Positions 15,230 to 16,290 of a stretch of DNA of 16,290 nt are shown piece by piece. The DNA comes from Candidatus Wukongarchaeum yapensis (GTDB lineage Archaea > Asgardarchaeota > Wukongarchaeia > Wukongarchaeales > Wukongarchaeaceae), in the NCBI GenBank assembly GCA_016840425.1, contig JAEOSI010000025.1, positions 1 through 16,290 of the forward strand, written 5' to 3'. Every line of letters starts with the position of its first letter. The stretch's first letter is position 1. The position numbers and the translations under genes were made by a program. The notes below the pieces were generated by a model, which searched no databases, had not been told where the DNA came from, and saw only the letters and a program-made list of their open reading frames with translations.

Positions 15230-16290
15230 ATGCAGAAAGAAAAAGACGTAGAAGTAAACTGTAGAAAACGGCACATTTTCTGGATAATTATTATCGGCCT
15301 TATCTTACACTTATCTTTAATATTTTTCGACCATATGTATCCCAATCATCCCTTAGAAGCTGAACGAGCCCAAGATGTAGATGTTTATACCGAACGATCT
15401 CGAACAATACTAGAAGGCGGTGTTCTTTATCGCGATGTTTATACGGAGGTCCCTCCAGGTATATGTTACCTCCTTCTCCCAGCTTACCTTCTTGGCAACA
15501 GTCTGACTGTTTACATGCTCTACTTCACGCTTTTTAACATTCTTTCCGCCTTGTTTTTGTATCACTTTCCCTTAAGTAAAAATAAAATACTGGAATTCCG
15601 TGCTGCAATTCTTTTTATAACAAACCCTATAACCCTCTTAGCTGCTACAATAAAATGCACAGATGAACCAGTTTGCGTCCTATTTTTCCTCATACCAATT
15701 TACTTTCTTCTTAAGACAAACATTAATTTAGCCGCTTTATCTTCAGGTTTAGGCGTGATCATAAAATGGATTCCTGGTATTTTTTTCCCTATATGCCTCT
15801 ATAAAGCGAAAAAAAATAGAGAAAGAATCCAAGCTTCTCTCCTCTTTATAATCGTTATTATAGTGGGATTTTTACCCTTTTATTTTCTTGCACCTGACGA
15901 TTTCTGGGGACCCCTAGATCGCTATGTGGGCACTCAAAAAACAGAAGGAGACAGCTTATTAAACATTTTAAGCCTCGCATTTAGCCTTTCAATACCTCCA
16001 TTAATAAGAAAAAGCGTTTTTCTAATCTTAATCGCTGCATATATCTACACTTACAAAAAAAACCTAAATCCCTTAGCCACAAGTACTATCATAACTATCG
16101 CATTTTTAGCATCATTTACTAAACTCCAATACGAATACTTCATATACCTCTTCGGCCCCCTCTCCTTTTTCATCCACAACCATCGAGATAAATCAATGTT
16201 TTATGCAGTAACGTTCACAATTTATGCCGCCCATGAACTCAAATATTCTTACGCTTATTTTGCGCTAATATTCTCCATTCTAACGATTCT
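15230..16290 (+). CDS. Multi-pass GT-C glycosyltransferase (GT87/DUF2029/PIG-M-like), truncated at the window edge
   Basis: Manual translation (absent from the ORF track); open from ATG 15230 to the end: MQKEKD...IFWIIIIGLILHLSLIFFD...QDVDVYTERSRTILEGGVLYRDVYTEVPPGICYLLLP...TNPITL...TDEPV...GVIIKWIPG...SFTKLQYEYFIY. Many hydrophobic segments and an acidic DxD in the first loop. Confidence 0.8.
   Translation, partial: MQKEKDVEVNCRKRHIFWIIIIGLILHLSLIFFDHMYPNHPLEAERAQDVDVYTERSRTILEGGVLYRDVYTEVPPGICYLLLPAYLLGNSLTVYMLYFTLFNILSALFLYHFPLSKNKILEFRAAILFITNPITLLAATIKCTDEPVCVLFFLIPIYFLLKTNINLAALSSGLGVIIKWIPGIFFPICLYKAKKNRERIQASLLFIIVIIVGFLPFYFLAPDDFWGPLDRYVGTQKTEGDSLLNILSLAFSLSIPPLIRKSVFLILIAAYIYTYKKNLNPLATSTIITIAFLASFTKLQYEYFIYLFGPLSFFIHNHRDKSMFYAVTFTIYAAHELKYSYAYFALIFSILTI

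Noticed and set aside
170-15345. Many short ORFs in the supplied track (e.g. 170-442, 663-854, 1325-1585, 2506-2727, 4657-4878, 6053-6586, 9286-10401, 13351-14280, 15154-15345)
   Set aside because: They lie antisense to well-supported genes and have Phe/Ser/Leu/Ile-rich shadow composition with no motifs.

Overview
Archaeal, AT-rich chromosomal window; the archaeal assignment rests on an archaeal-type ThrRS with a DTD-like editing domain, a nurA-herA-mre11-rad50 operon, and TATA/BRE-like promoters. The lineage cannot be fixed from sequence alone. Left 3 kb, minus strand: a co-oriented sulfur-relay cluster, dsrE-dsrF-dsrH, two tusA paralogues, a lipoyl-carrier GcvH/LbpA-like protein, and hdrC (cut by the window edge). 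This combination of a DsrEFH-type triad with a lipoyl carrier and Hdr is the most interesting part of the window. Next come a frameshifted YkgJ-type (CxxCxxCC) metal-cluster gene and an alkaline-phosphatase-fold protein with a degenerate active site. The DNA end-resection operon follows, with a GKG Walker A in HerA, a PIP-like tail on Mre11 and a short Rad50. The right side holds yjbQ, a metallophosphoesterase, two possible small ORFs, thrS, a V4R protein with an ambiguous 5' end, and a PIG-M/GT87-like GT-C membrane glycosyltransferase that runs off the right edge and is missing from the ORF track. I saw no rRNA, tRNA, CRISPR array or mobile element. All family assignments come from motif recognition by eye, not database searches.
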